Positions 37,422 through 47,046 of a stretch of DNA of 64,000 nt are shown here, in pieces. This DNA comes from a virus. The DNA is taken from IMG/VR virus record IMGVR_UViG_3300043470_000815; one strand, given 5' to 3'. A program made the position numbers and the translations under genes. Under the pieces are notes generated by a model. That model searched no databases. It was not told where the DNA came from and saw only the letters and a program-made list of their open reading frames with translations. Position 1 is the first letter of the stretch, and each line of letters opens with the position of its first letter.

Positions 37422-39423
37422 AAATTTTACGTGAATTATGTCCAGTGACGAAATTTAATCTAAACGGTGCTTTGGTTGTAATTTTAACAAATCCGTTACA
37501 ACCACACTGGCAGGTTGGACGAATATCATTGAAAATATGCTTAATCACATAACTTTCCCACCCTCCAGTATGATGCTTATTTATGTGCTGAATATATGAC
37601 TTATGTGAATAAAAATCGTCCTTATTACATTCCAAACAAACAAATTTTTCTGATAAATTACTTTGCTTAGTTAATTTTTGAATTTCTATTGGACGGTATT
37701 CTCCATATAAATTTATATATTCGTCAACTGATGTTTTATGTGATAATTTTAAATGCGTACTAAAACCATTGATAGAATACTCATTTTCACACATTTGACA
37801 GGTAATATCTATACTTTTTCGACTACTTTCTTTTTTATTTCGTTTCAATTTAGAGTGTTTTAAATTTTTTCGAGCGATTGGGTGCGATAAATCTACTTTA
37901 ATATTTGAATTATCATAAACTTTTTCATATCTCAAATTTCCACAATCCCAAATCCAATCATAACCCAACATTTTCATATTTTCCCACTCGGATAATTTAC
38001 TATCCGATTGCTTGAATATACTTAAAATGAGTTCTTTCGTGAATTGTCTCCGATCTGAACGTTTATTTGGATATACAAGATACCAGTAATTAGGACGACC
38101 CATTGATGTTAATGTAAATCCTAATAAATCATATACACTTTTACTTAATAAATCTGTCCAACGTCGATCTGCATAAGAAAATAATTTTACTGGTTTATAA
38201 TTTCGTTCAAAATATTTTAGTAATTTATTAGCCGCACCAATCACATTTGTATTTAGTTTTGAACAAAATCGTTTTAATTCGATTTCAGTTTCTTTACGAC
38301 TACGCTTAAATGTCATCACTGAAACAAGTTCCAAATTATGAAATAATCCGAAATTTAGGGCGGTTGGATCACCTTGACCTTGTAAATGGTTATCATCTAA
38401 AAATTTACTAATTTCTCTAAATGGTAATTCCTTTAATTCGCATTTCCTTGCAAAAATTGTATCCTTATTTAATTTTAATTCATTTTTAATACGACTAATA
38501 ACAATATCTTTTTTAAACAACCACTCATCTTCAAATATATGAATTAATTTAACACCGTTTTCTTCACACATTAATGTTTTATTTATATGATACCGTTCTA
38601 GTTTACCATTCGCTTCACTATGCCAATATAGTCCATTAAATTCTATCGCTAAATTAAATGATGGTATAAATATATCAACTTCTTCACCCAACTCCTTTGT
38701 ATTAGGTTTATATGGTATGTTCCATTCGGTTAATAAGTCACAAATTTGTTCTTCATATTTTGAACGCCATGTGGATGAATTAATTAAATTATCATTTTTA
38801 TAATACAATATACGCATTTTATCACGGAATGATTCACTACTCATTATATCAATGTCATGCTTAATTCTATATTGATCCTTGGTCATATTATGTTTATCAC
38901 GTAAATGTGTATTGGTCAATGTAATAAACCATTCATTACATTCTAAACATTGGATTCGATTATCCTCATTATCATTTATCGTTTTAATTCGATCAATCTT
39001 TACCAATGAATTTGACCACAATTTATCATTCGGGAAATCTACAATGTGGGTATCTTTGGTAATACCATGTACATCTAATAGATGTTTTCCAACCCATCCA
39101 CCATTATCTTTACCATCTTTGGTTTTTCCCGACCAATTGCAGTGAGGACAATTCCAACGTTCATCTTGGTTAGGTAATTTATCGACAATTTCCCAATCTT
39201 CCAAATTAAATTCTTTGTTTAAAGAATTAACCGAATATTTTTTAAGTTGACCTGATTGTTTAGCACCAAGACTAAAACATTTCCCATCTATTTTAGACTT
39301 ATATTGTTTTGTATTGTCAAATACTAACTTTGGTTGGTCAGATTGGTGTTTAGATTTGCATTCGTTATTACAAAATGCTTTTAATTTCTTAGGCAATTCC
39401 TTACCACATTGTTTACAATTCAT
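37417..39423 (-). CDS. Hef-like free-standing homing endonuclease (Zn fingers + Vsr-like PD-(D/E)xK + C-terminal Hef/GNAT-like domain)
   Basis: VDIFIP..NLAIEFNGLYWHS, LIHIFEDEW, IFARKC, NHLQG, SYADRRW, IWDCG..RY; start moved to MNCKQC because the promoter overlaps the longer start. Confidence 0.8.
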   Translation of the reverse strand: MNCKQCGKELPKKLKAFCNNECKSKHQSDQPKLVFDNTKQYKSKIDGKCFSLGAKQSGQLKKYSVNSLNKEFNLEDWEIVDKLPNQDERWNCPHCNWSGKTKDGKDNGGWVGKHLLDVHGITKDTHIVDFPNDKLWSNSLVKIDRIKTINDNEDNRIQCLECNEWFITLTNTHLRDKHNMTKDQYRIKHDIDIMSSESFRDKMRILYYKNDNLINSSTWRSKYEEQICDLLTEWNIPYKPNTKELGEEVDIFIPSFNLAIEFNGLYWHSEANGKLERYHINKTLMCEENGVKLIHIFEDEWLFKKDIVISRIKNELKLNKDTIFARKCELKELPFREISKFLDDNHLQGQGDPTALNFGLFHNLELVSVMTFKRSRKETEIELKRFCSKLNTNVIGAANKLLKYFERNYKPVKLFSYADRRWTDLLSKSVYDLLGFTLTSMGRPNYWYLVYPNKRSDRRQFTKELILSIFKQSDSKLSEWENMKMLGYDWIWDCGNLRYEKVYDNSNIKVDLSHPIARKNLKHSKLKRNKKESSRKSIDITCQMCENEYSINGFSTHLKLSHKTSVDEYINLYGEYRPIEIQKLTKQSNLSEKFVCLECNKDDFYSHKSYIQHINKHHTGGWESYVIKHIFNDIRPTCQCGCNGFVKITTKAPFRLNFVTGHNSRKIC

Positions 39424-39444
39424 ATTGTTTGTTTTTGTATAATA

Positions 39445-39496
39445 CAAATATATGGTATTTATTCGGATTAAACAAGTATATTAACTATACATTAAC
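39445..39496 (-). promoter_or_regulatory. early promoter of the endonuclease gene
   Basis: GTTAA-N6-GTTAA-N4-CTTG-N20-TATATTTG. Confidence 0.8.
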
Positions 39497-39530
39497 AAAA
39501 AAAGGCTTGCCTAAATTAATAGACAAACCT
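39497..39530 (-). terminator. intrinsic terminator after the major capsid gene
   Basis: AGGTTTGTCTA/TAGGCAAGCCT stem followed by a T-run on the minus strand. Confidence 0.85.
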
Positions 39531-39570
39531 AATTTTATTTTACGTTTTTTATAACTAACCGAATTTAATA

Positions 39571-41235
39571 TTATAGAGTATTCAAACCTTCAATATATAA
39601 TTTGGCATAAAACTCAGGACGCAGCATTTTTTTCGCGTAACGAGTCATGACACCTTTACGGGGCGTGAAGTTATCGGGATCGAGGACGGTTGGAGTCATA
39701 ATCATCGGAACATAAGGAGCGTAAACGGCCCCATTTTCTAGCCACGTTGACCCTTTATAACCCATCAAGATTACATTTTCCTTCATATAAGGATTTTTCC
39801 AAACCTTAAATCGGTTGTTCAATGTACCAATTTTTTGTACACCAAAGTTAAACGTTCCTTGATCTCCAGTCGTATCGGTAGCAAAACCCGGAATTGATTC
39901 CAAAACAGTAGCAACCATCGGTGAAACAATCATAAAGTTTGCTCCGCCCCTGACAGTACTTGCATGAATTTTGTTACTTAATTTTTGCAATTTAGTACCA
40001 ATTGTCTGAAACCATGTAGGCTGTGTATATGCAGTCAAATTTTGCGTTATCGGTGCGAAACCTGAACCATTCCATTCATAACCAATCCTAGTTGACCAGT
40101 AATCGGTATGTGAAGAAGGTGCTTCTGATAGCAACATATCCAAAATTTCCAAGTCAATTTCTTGCGAAATATATTCACCCAACACCCCCGTCAATTCGGC
40201 TTCTACGTCGATATTTTGGTAGGCATTTAAGTCTTGTGAAAATTCAGGTGTCCATTGTGCTTTCAACTTACGCGTTTTCGCAATAATTGATTCAGAACGC
40301 ATTTCAAGGTTAATTGATGGAATATCCAACGGATTATCCATGTTTGAACCTGCCTGTGTTTTACCTGCCTCAAAATCACCACGTGTTGTATCGGTTGGTT
40401 GTTTGTGATAATTTACATTCAAACGAGTTGCAGCCGCAAAGGTTGAACCCGATACTAAGAATGAAATTGTACCAGCCGATTTATTATATTTTGTAAATTC
40501 TTGATATACATCATTTACAACTGCACCAACACTGTTTGACAATGTAAAGGCACGTGTACCCATCGGATCAAATGATGCAATAGATGCAGTAGAAATTGTT
40601 ACTTTAACAATAGATGAACCACCAACCAATAAAGATTGACTAAATTCACTATTAAAATTATAATCCGTTGCTGAAACTGAACCTGTTACAAATTCCGTAG
40701 AACTTACAGCAGCCGCAATTGCCAATGCAGATGAACTATAATCGTTGATAGAATAACCAAAACGTCCGGGGCCATAGAGACCCTCGGTTGGTGTTGCCCA
40801 ACCATAAGTAGCGGCTGTACCTTTATTTGCATCAGTAACACCAAACATAGAATCGTTTTGCGAATCTTTGCCACTGTTACTATTAAATCCGGGTTGACCA
40901 TTACCATATTTCAAATCAAGCCAAAATACTAGACCTGATGGTAAATTCATCGGTTGAATTGAAATATATTCTTTTGCAGATACGTCAGCAAAAATACGGC
41001 GTACCAATGGTAACGCGATACCAGCCCATTCTTCCGAACCTTGTACAGTTCCCGTTTGGTTGGCTTCTTTAAGTAATTGCACAGCCTGATTTTCCAACAG
41101 TTGTGCCATGTTCCCTTTGTTTGGCCCTGAAAGACCTTCCAACAAACCAGTACGTTCCCATTTGTTTGTCAACAATTGGGCGTTTTTACGCTGGTTCATA
41201 AATTGATCCTTGGGTAAAAGACTTTGAATATCCAT
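39571..41235 (-). CDS. major capsid protein (T4 gp23-like)
   Basis: KW..TGLLEGL, LPLVRRIF, QPMNLPSGLVF, RKLKA.WTPE..QDL.AY..ID.EAEL, YAPYVP, TRYA. Confidence 0.97.
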   Translation of the reverse strand: MDIQSLLPKDQFMNQRKNAQLLTNKWERTGLLEGLSGPNKGNMAQLLENQAVQLLKEANQTGTVQGSEEWAGIALPLVRRIFADVSAKEYISIQPMNLPSGLVFWLDLKYGNGQPGFNSNSGKDSQNDSMFGVTDANKGTAATYGWATPTEGLYGPGRFGYSINDYSSSALAIAAAVSSTEFVTGSVSATDYNFNSEFSQSLLVGGSSIVKVTISTASIASFDPMGTRAFTLSNSVGAVVNDVYQEFTKYNKSAGTISFLVSGSTFAAATRLNVNYHKQPTDTTRGDFEAGKTQAGSNMDNPLDIPSINLEMRSESIIAKTRKLKAQWTPEFSQDLNAYQNIDVEAELTGVLGEYISQEIDLEILDMLLSEAPSSHTDYWSTRIGYEWNGSGFAPITQNLTAYTQPTWFQTIGTKLQKLSNKIHASTVRGGANFMIVSPMVATVLESIPGFATDTTGDQGTFNFGVQKIGTLNNRFKVWKNPYMKENVILMGYKGSTWLENGAVYAPYVPMIMTPTVLDPDNFTPRKGVMTRYAKKMLRPEFYAKLYIEGLNTL

Positions 41236-41248
41236 TTAAATTATCTCC

Positions 41249-42145
41249 TTAGATTGCTTTTTTAATGTTTGCAAGTTCCTGCCAACGTGAAACCATTTGC
41301 ACGGATTCGTTTAGCGATTTTTTAACGGTTGGTGCTGCTTTTGATGCAAAACCTTCCTTAATGTTAGTTTTCTTGCGATTTTTGTTAATTGTTTGACAAA
41401 CAGTTGTGTAAACTAATTTTGTTTCACGAATTGATGTTGCACGATCCAAACTTTCCAATATGCTTGTAAGTTGTGGTTTTGTTAAATCAAATTGGCGTGT
41501 AATTTTAGTGTTATACAACAATTTTGCATTTAATAAATTTACTTCATTAATAGTTTTTTTCAATTTTGTGACAACCATTAACGCTTCATTCTTTTGCTTT
41601 TTTAGATTGGCATTTTCCGAACGTAACCTACGAACTTCACTGTTAACAGAACGGGTTGGAACTGATTCATCGTATGCACCACCATCGGTAGATTCTACCA
41701 TTTCTTCGTCTTCACCTTCCATTTCACGCATAATCATTTCGTAAATTTCATCATCGGTTGGTTCTTCACTTTCCTCTTCGTATTCGTCACCTTCCATTGC
41801 CATTTCATCATCTTCAAAATCCATGTCGTCACCTTCCATAGCCATTTCGTCGTCTTCTTCGCCATCCAATTCACGCATTAATTGTTCCATTTCCATTTCA
41901 TCATCAGATGGTTCTTCGACTTCCATTTCTTCCGCACCACCCAATTCGTCTTCAAATGATCCAAAACCTGTATCGGTTGGTTCTTCGGCTTCCATTTCGT
42001 CATCTTCTTCTTCGGATAAACGGGCAGAAATCATCCTTTGCAGGGATGGTTGAAATGACTCTGCAATAGCGGCTTTGGCATTAGCATATGCCGTTGATCG
42101 GACGGCTTTTGCGTCGGCCAATGCTTCTTTAAGTAATTTACTCAT
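41249..42145 (-). CDS. prohead scaffold/core protein (gp22-like)
   Basis: LLKEALADAKAVR...ANAK, long acidic middle, EVNLLNAKLLY; upstream of MCP. Confidence 0.85.
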   Translation of the reverse strand: MSKLLKEALADAKAVRSTAYANAKAAIAESFQPSLQRMISARLSEEEDDEMEAEEPTDTGFGSFEDELGGAEEMEVEEPSDDEMEMEQLMRELDGEEDDEMAMEGDDMDFEDDEMAMEGDEYEEESEEPTDDEIYEMIMREMEGEDEEMVESTDGGAYDESVPTRSVNSEVRRLRSENANLKKQKNEALMVVTKLKKTINEVNLLNAKLLYNTKITRQFDLTKPQLTSILESLDRATSIRETKLVYTTVCQTINKNRKKTNIKEGFASKAAPTVKKSLNESVQMVSRWQELANIKKAI

Positions 42146-42210
42146 TGTAGAAATACTCCTAATTTCTAATTTGTTTTAAGTTTATTATGAAACTTAATAT
42201 TATATTTTTT

Positions 42211-42588
42211 AATTGTATGTTGATTGCCTATTAAAAAGCAATATATTTTATTATAAATATGTTTTATTTTTGAAAACGTTTAATTATACAAATTTAACAT
42301 TAGGATAATTTGATAAAATATTTATAATTACATTGTAATTGACACCCTTTGATTCAGCGTTAGTTATCAACGAATCTAGTTTTCTGTAAAAGTCTTTTGC
42401 TTTTGGGTCAGATATAGAAGTGTCTTCACGTAAAATCTGCTCATAAATTTTTCTTACACGATTTTCTAATAATTGATTTGTTTTTTTTTGCATGTTGTTC
42501 CTTAATTATTTGATATGAATTGTATATTGATTGCCTATTAAAAAGCAATATATTTTATTATAAATATGTTTTATTTTTGAAACCGTTT
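42211..42588. repeat. 71-bp direct repeat (2 mismatches) carrying the late-promoter motif, flanking a 69-aa gene
   Basis: Copies at 42211-42281 and 42518-42588, each containing TATAAATA. Confidence 0.92.
42284..42493 (-). CDS. protein with LLENRVRKIYEQILRE leader
   Basis: Shared leader; AAGGA SD-like; bounded by the repeats. Confidence 0.7.
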   Translation of the reverse strand: MQKKTNQLLENRVRKIYEQILREDTSISDPKAKDFYRKLDSLITNAESKGVNYNVIINILSNYPNVKFV

Positions 42589-42894
42589 TTAAAATTGTTT
42601 ATCCCTAAAATAATCTTCCACATTGCTATGATTTAGTGGAAAGGGTATTCTTAATCGTATGCCTACCGGAAGTCGTAATGTAGGACTACTAATTTTATTT
42701 GCACGTGCAATTATAACCCAATATCGTACATCACCATATTCAGCAGCGGAAATTAAATCTAATCTATCACTGATTTTTGTAATAATATATTTATCACTAT
42801 TTCGCGGTGCGATATTTGGATAATATAAAGTAGAATAGCGACGCTTTCCATCTTTATCTTTTATTATTTCAGCAAATTCTTCGTAGCGTTGCAT
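42589..42894 (-). CDS. LysM-like baseplate wedge protein (gp53/gpX-like)
   Basis: DRLDLIS...YGD..YW.IIA.AN.......L.VG..LRIP. Confidence 0.8.
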   Translation of the reverse strand: MQRYEEFAEIIKDKDGKRRYSTLYYPNIAPRNSDKYIITKISDRLDLISAAEYGDVRYWVIIARANKISSPTLRLPVGIRLRIPFPLNHSNVEDYFRDKQF

Positions 42895-43008
42895 CTAATT
42901 TGAAATTATTTGACTTGGGTTGGGTGTTAACAGTTTTTTATTGGATGATAATTTTAATCCACCCAACCTATGTTCCCAAAATAAAATTAATTGATTTTTG
43001 GTTATAAT

Positions 43009-43473
43009 CTAACCTTTAACCGTTTGTATAATTATTTGTTTTATTTTTTCATCCAATTCACGCATTGCTGCTATAATTTTAAAACTCATTTGTTGGGTGA
43101 CAGTTTCTAAATATTCATCAATATCACCTTCCATCCTAGTTCCTAAATTATCATTATTTTTGAATCCAATCTCATACGCTTTTAAAATCTTTTGCATTTT
43201 TGGATTAGCAGAAATTTTATTAATTTTGGGTTCACCGCCACCATAAATAGAAATAGATACAGATATTTTACCATCCAAGGCTGGTTCTAATTTAACACCA
43301 TCGGCAAATCCACCATTAAAATACTTTCCTTCATATTTTAAAGTTTCGTCTTTTTTAGGTTCGGTAGATTGTTGCGGCTGTTGACTTTGGTCGTCGGTAG
43401 CAGACTTAGATGATTGGCCGTTTGGGGGTTGATCTTCACCTTCCAATTCTTGTAGTATATGTCTTAACTTCAT
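43009..43473 (-). CDS. protein with MKLRHILQE leader
   Basis: Shared leader motif. Confidence 0.65.
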   Translation of the reverse strand: MKLRHILQELEGEDQPPNGQSSKSATDDQSQQPQQSTEPKKDETLKYEGKYFNGGFADGVKLEPALDGKISVSISIYGGGEPKINKISANPKMQKILKAYEIGFKNNDNLGTRMEGDIDEYLETVTQQMSFKIIAAMRELDEKIKQIIIQTVKG

Positions 43474-43478
43474 ATAAA

Positions 43479-43796
43479 TTAAAACGAATTTTTTATTTTT
43501 TGATATTGTACATCATCAAATTTGGATTTTGCTATATTTAGCAATTTATTATATATAGAATTACGATATGCTTGTAATTCAGGTGTTAATGATCGTTCCA
43601 ACATGTGTATTTCTTCCACATACTCCATAATCTTAATGTATTTTGGTTGGTTAACCATTTTTGCTAATACCGCAATTGCACCAGTATGGTCGTTTTGTTG
43701 TGTTAATTTATTAATACTTGGTACAACATCTGCTTCCGTTAAAATCTGTTTATAAATTTTACGAATTTTATTTTCTAAAATTTGTTGTTTAGTCAT
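43479..43796 (-). CDS. protein with ILENKIRKIYKQILTE leader
   Basis: Shared leader; QNDHTGA motif. Confidence 0.65.
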   Translation of the reverse strand: MTKQQILENKIRKIYKQILTEADVVPSINKLTQQNDHTGAIAVLAKMVNQPKYIKIMEYVEEIHMLERSLTPELQAYRNSIYNKLLNIAKSKFDDVQYQKIKNSF

Positions 43797-44022
43797 TATT
43801 TAATTCCTTTCGGGTTTGATTATAAGTAGCACGTTCGTTTTGGATTCGTATCCGATCCGATTTTTTTTGGTATGCACGGTTGTCAGATAACTGTTCAACT
43901 ATTTTATTATCCTTTAGTATTTTTTTCCATTGACGAAGTGCAAATGTTAAATCGCCATTGACGGCAACTGAATACGGCGAACCTTGAATTAAGGCATTAT
44001 ATTGTTTTGATTTGATGTTCAT
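43789..44022 (-). CDS. rpsU: ribosomal protein bS21-like
   Basis: V.V..DL..ALR.WKK....NKIV.QL..NR.Y.K.S.R.R...E.A.Y; 77 aa; inside the head module. Confidence 0.72.
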   Translation of the reverse strand: MNIKSKQYNALIQGSPYSVAVNGDLTFALRQWKKILKDNKIVEQLSDNRAYQKKSDRIRIQNERATYNQTRKELNND

Positions 44023-44068
44023 TTTGATTTAAAATAAATTAATGGGGTAGGTGGGTTTTAAAGTATGA

Positions 44069-44425
44069 TTAATTGACATCATAATATCGACTTAATCCCG
44101 CACCAATATCTTCATAACACGATTCAAGTCTTTGTTGTAATTGTGTAAGTTCTTTTGATGTTTGTTCAAATACTTTATAAGATTCTTTAAGACGTTTTAT
44201 ATCTCTATTTGTCGTTATATTATCGAACCACCCATCCGTTTCTTTAATTGTAAATCCCTCGGCAGCACTTATTAAATTACCAATTTGTTGTGTAATTTCA
44301 CGTAAATTATTTGATCTATATATATCATTTTTATACGCTGTAAATTGCTTGACAGATTCTAAGAATGCGTTGCGTTCTTCTTTAGAATACGCAATTTCAT
44401 TTTCTAATAGGTATCTTTTTTTCAT
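44069..44425 (-). CDS. head-module helical protein
   Basis: WFD.IT.NRD.K.L, LE..YEDIG..L.RYY; MKKRYLLE start. Confidence 0.7.
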   Translation of the reverse strand: MKKRYLLENEIAYSKEERNAFLESVKQFTAYKNDIYRSNNLREITQQIGNLISAAEGFTIKETDGWFDNITTNRDIKRLKESYKVFEQTSKELTQLQQRLESCYEDIGAGLSRYYDVN

Positions 44426-44454
44426 ATAAATTTTTTTTAATAAAATATATTATT

Positions 44455-45111
44455 TTATTTCTTATTGTGCATTATGCAACACACATTCGTCATTGAGCAT
44501 AGTATTTCTTGAAGTAATAAATCTATTGTTTCGGGGGTTTCGGTATGAATAAGTTTTCTATCATAATTTTCTGTTATTGCCATTTCAGCATAATGGGTGG
44601 ATGGATTTGAGACTACATCACAGGCCGAAATTAGTTCAAAATCGTCTTGAACTTCAACTAATTCCTGTTCACCACTTTCTTTCAATGGTTGTACGCTTCC
44701 CATCCCCCGCGAACTTTGACCAATACGATAACCAGCCAATAATATTTCACGGACAATGTTACCTGATGGTGTTTTTAATATTTCAATATCTGCATATACT
44801 TCATCATTTTTCCATTTAATATCCATTATTGCTTGAGCGATATTTTTAACGGAAACTAAATTCGCTTCATCCCCGCTGGGGTGATCGCATTCCCCGTATG
44901 CCATTTTAGCCTTAACCATTGACATGTGTTCGTTAATACTACGTTCTAAAACACGTTTAGGATAAACCCTACCATTCTTGTTTGGTGCGTCCGCACGTTG
45001 AATAAGTACATTTTTTAAAATAAGCCTACCATCATTATTTTGAATAGATTCTAATAAGGTAGGTTTTTCAATTGCTATTAACGATGTTCGTTCTATTAAT
45101 AATTTTTTCAT
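44455..45111 (-). CDS. prohead core protease (T4 gp21-like)
   Basis: N.NGRVYP, GECDHP, SSRGMGSV, DVVSNPST; start moved to MKKLLIE (ATGA overlap). Confidence 0.93.
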   Translation of the reverse strand: MKKLLIERTSLIAIEKPTLLESIQNNDGRLILKNVLIQRADAPNKNGRVYPKRVLERSINEHMSMVKAKMAYGECDHPSGDEANLVSVKNIAQAIMDIKWKNDEVYADIEILKTPSGNIVREILLAGYRIGQSSRGMGSVQPLKESGEQELVEVQDDFELISACDVVSNPSTHYAEMAITENYDRKLIHTETPETIDLLLQEILCSMTNVCCIMHNKK

Positions 45112-45755
45112 CTTTTCCACGAATTTAACCATTCACCTTTAGGCAATTTTTTATATTGTTTCATAACTATACGCTTACTACCCGACAATTTAGCAAGTTG
45201 GTCTTGATTTACTTTATATAAATGTGTACCACTTGTAAAACTATATAATGGATTCGGTAATTCACCTAACGCCCGTTCTGCGTAATCTCTAGCACGATGT
45301 GAACCAAATGATACAAACACTTCACCGGGCGACAATTCGGTTGCGGATTCTTCTTTAATCACACGTCGAATCATTTCGGATAATGATTCTTTTTGAGTAT
45401 TGGTCGAATTTTTATATAAAATAATATTACTATAATTATTTTTATCCGATGCTTTAATCAAATCACTAAAATCACTTATTAATTCCTGCCTATTTTCCGC
45501 TTTGGATATATCGTCTTTCCCATCAGTAATTTTATTATATGTTAAATTTTCAAAATCTAATACAAATTTAGTATTAACTAATTTATCAAATATTGTTCCT
45601 TTTAATGTTGGTTTGTCATCTGTTACATTAAATGGTTTACATATTAATTCTACCTTCCCAACAGATTGACTGGTTAACATTTTTATAATGGTTAAAAAAT
45701 CACCATTTTTGGTAATAGTTTTAAGGGTGGTTGGGGATATTATAGTTTTGGTCAT
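45108..45755 (-). CDS. two-module protein with internal ESLSEMIRRVIKEES
   Basis: 44-bp module shared with the next ORF. Confidence 0.65.
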   Translation of the reverse strand: MTKTIISPTTLKTITKNGDFLTIIKMLTSQSVGKVELICKPFNVTDDKPTLKGTIFDKLVNTKFVLDFENLTYNKITDGKDDISKAENRQELISDFSDLIKASDKNNYSNIILYKNSTNTQKESLSEMIRRVIKEESATELSPGEVFVSFGSHRARDYAERALGELPNPLYSFTSGTHLYKVNQDQLAKLSGSKRIVMKQYKKLPKGEWLNSWKR

Positions 45756-45784
45756 TTTCGTTCTATTAATAATTTTTTCATTAA

Positions 45785-46561
45785 TTATCCAGTTATTTCT
45801 ATTATTGCATCAGCGATTTCATCCATTTTTCGGATATATATTCTAAATTTATCGTTTTTAGTCAATTTTTGTATTATTTCCAAATTATTCATTGCTGTAT
45901 AAAAATTTTTATAAAACGTATCAACTTCTTCTTGTGTGATTTTATCATAAGATTCTTCTTTTAATACACGTCTAATCATTTCAGATAATGATTCTTGTGT
46001 ATTTTTAGGATTTGCTTTCCAAACACTTGAACCATCCCCATCCAAATTATATTTTTTTAAAAAATCACCAACCATCCTTTTATCTGTAAAGGCATCAAGG
46101 AAATCACCTAACTGAATCCGTTTACTACCAATGCCTTGCAACAATGTAAGTGGATCAATTTTATTATCATCTAAAAATTTTTGAACGTATTCTTTACGTG
46201 TTCCTGTTCGTTGTGCAATTTCTTGAGCATAGTCAACTTGGATTGGTTGTTTTTTAGATTTACCGTATGCTTCGGATTTAGGTTGGGCGGTTGGTTGGAC
46301 TTTATATTTCTTTTTACGGTTGTTATTTAAATTGTATATATAATTTATACCTTTTTCATTTTCAACATATAATAAAGTTCCACCCATCTTTTTGGAAGAT
46401 AAATCATCTTTAATATATTCTAAAATATCGCCCGGTTGCATTTTGGCAGCATATTCGTCGAATTTGTTTTGCAATTGGGTTTTATCAAATTTATTCAATT
46501 TAAATACATCCGTCCCAAATGGTTTATCGTTTGCGGTGTAATTGATAATATAATTTACCAT
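45785..46561 (-). CDS. multi-module protein with internal ESLSEMIRRVLKEES
   Basis: 44-bp module shared with the previous ORF. Confidence 0.65.
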   Translation of the reverse strand: MVNYIINYTANDKPFGTDVFKLNKFDKTQLQNKFDEYAAKMQPGDILEYIKDDLSSKKMGGTLLYVENEKGINYIYNLNNNRKKKYKVQPTAQPKSEAYGKSKKQPIQVDYAQEIAQRTGTRKEYVQKFLDDNKIDPLTLLQGIGSKRIQLGDFLDAFTDKRMVGDFLKKYNLDGDGSSVWKANPKNTQESLSEMIRRVLKEESYDKITQEEVDTFYKNFYTAMNNLEIIQKLTKNDKFRIYIRKMDEIADAIIEITG

Positions 46562-46562
46562 A

Positions 46563-46982
46563 CTAAGTATTAAACTCCCTTAATTTAGATGAAACACGCC
46601 CAAGCCGTTGGTCTATTTTCTGAAATTTTCCAAGTGTACCTTTCCAAAAAACGCTTTGATCTGAACCTGATTCTAGTTTTAGTTTTGTTGCATGATTAAT
46701 CATTTGTTCGACTTCACCAAGCATTTTGTTAATTTGTATAATATTATTATTAATCTTTTGACGTTCTGTTAAAGAATCATCCGTTTTATATGTTTTATAT
46801 GAAATTTCATTAATGCTACGTTCAATCATATCTTCAATTAATTCTGAATATGATTCATCATCAGGCTTTCTAATCTTTTTACGAAAAGCATTTGGGGTAG
46901 CATAGAACTCCCCCCCACCAGTGACATTATCTTCTTCAACGGTTGGCATTATTTTTGTAATAGTTTCTATTAAACTTTTCAT
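46563..46982 (-). CDS. head-module protein
   Basis: EEDNVTG...YATPNAF, INE..Y..YK, LK.E...YWK; start moved to MKSLIE. Confidence 0.7.
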   Translation of the reverse strand: MKSLIETITKIMPTVEEDNVTGGGEFYATPNAFRKKIRKPDDESYSELIEDMIERSINEISYKTYKTDDSLTERQKINNNIIQINKMLGEVEQMINHATKLKLESGSDQSVFWKGTLGKFQKIDQRLGRVSSKLREFNT

Positions 46983-47046
46983 TTTATTTTTAATACATTC
47001 CACATTTATTTTAAATTATATGGTTGGGAGGTGGAATTTAAAATTA

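Noticed and set aside
41460-42053. Ser/Ile-rich plus-strand ORFs
   Set aside because: Antisense mirror of the acidic scaffold low-complexity region.
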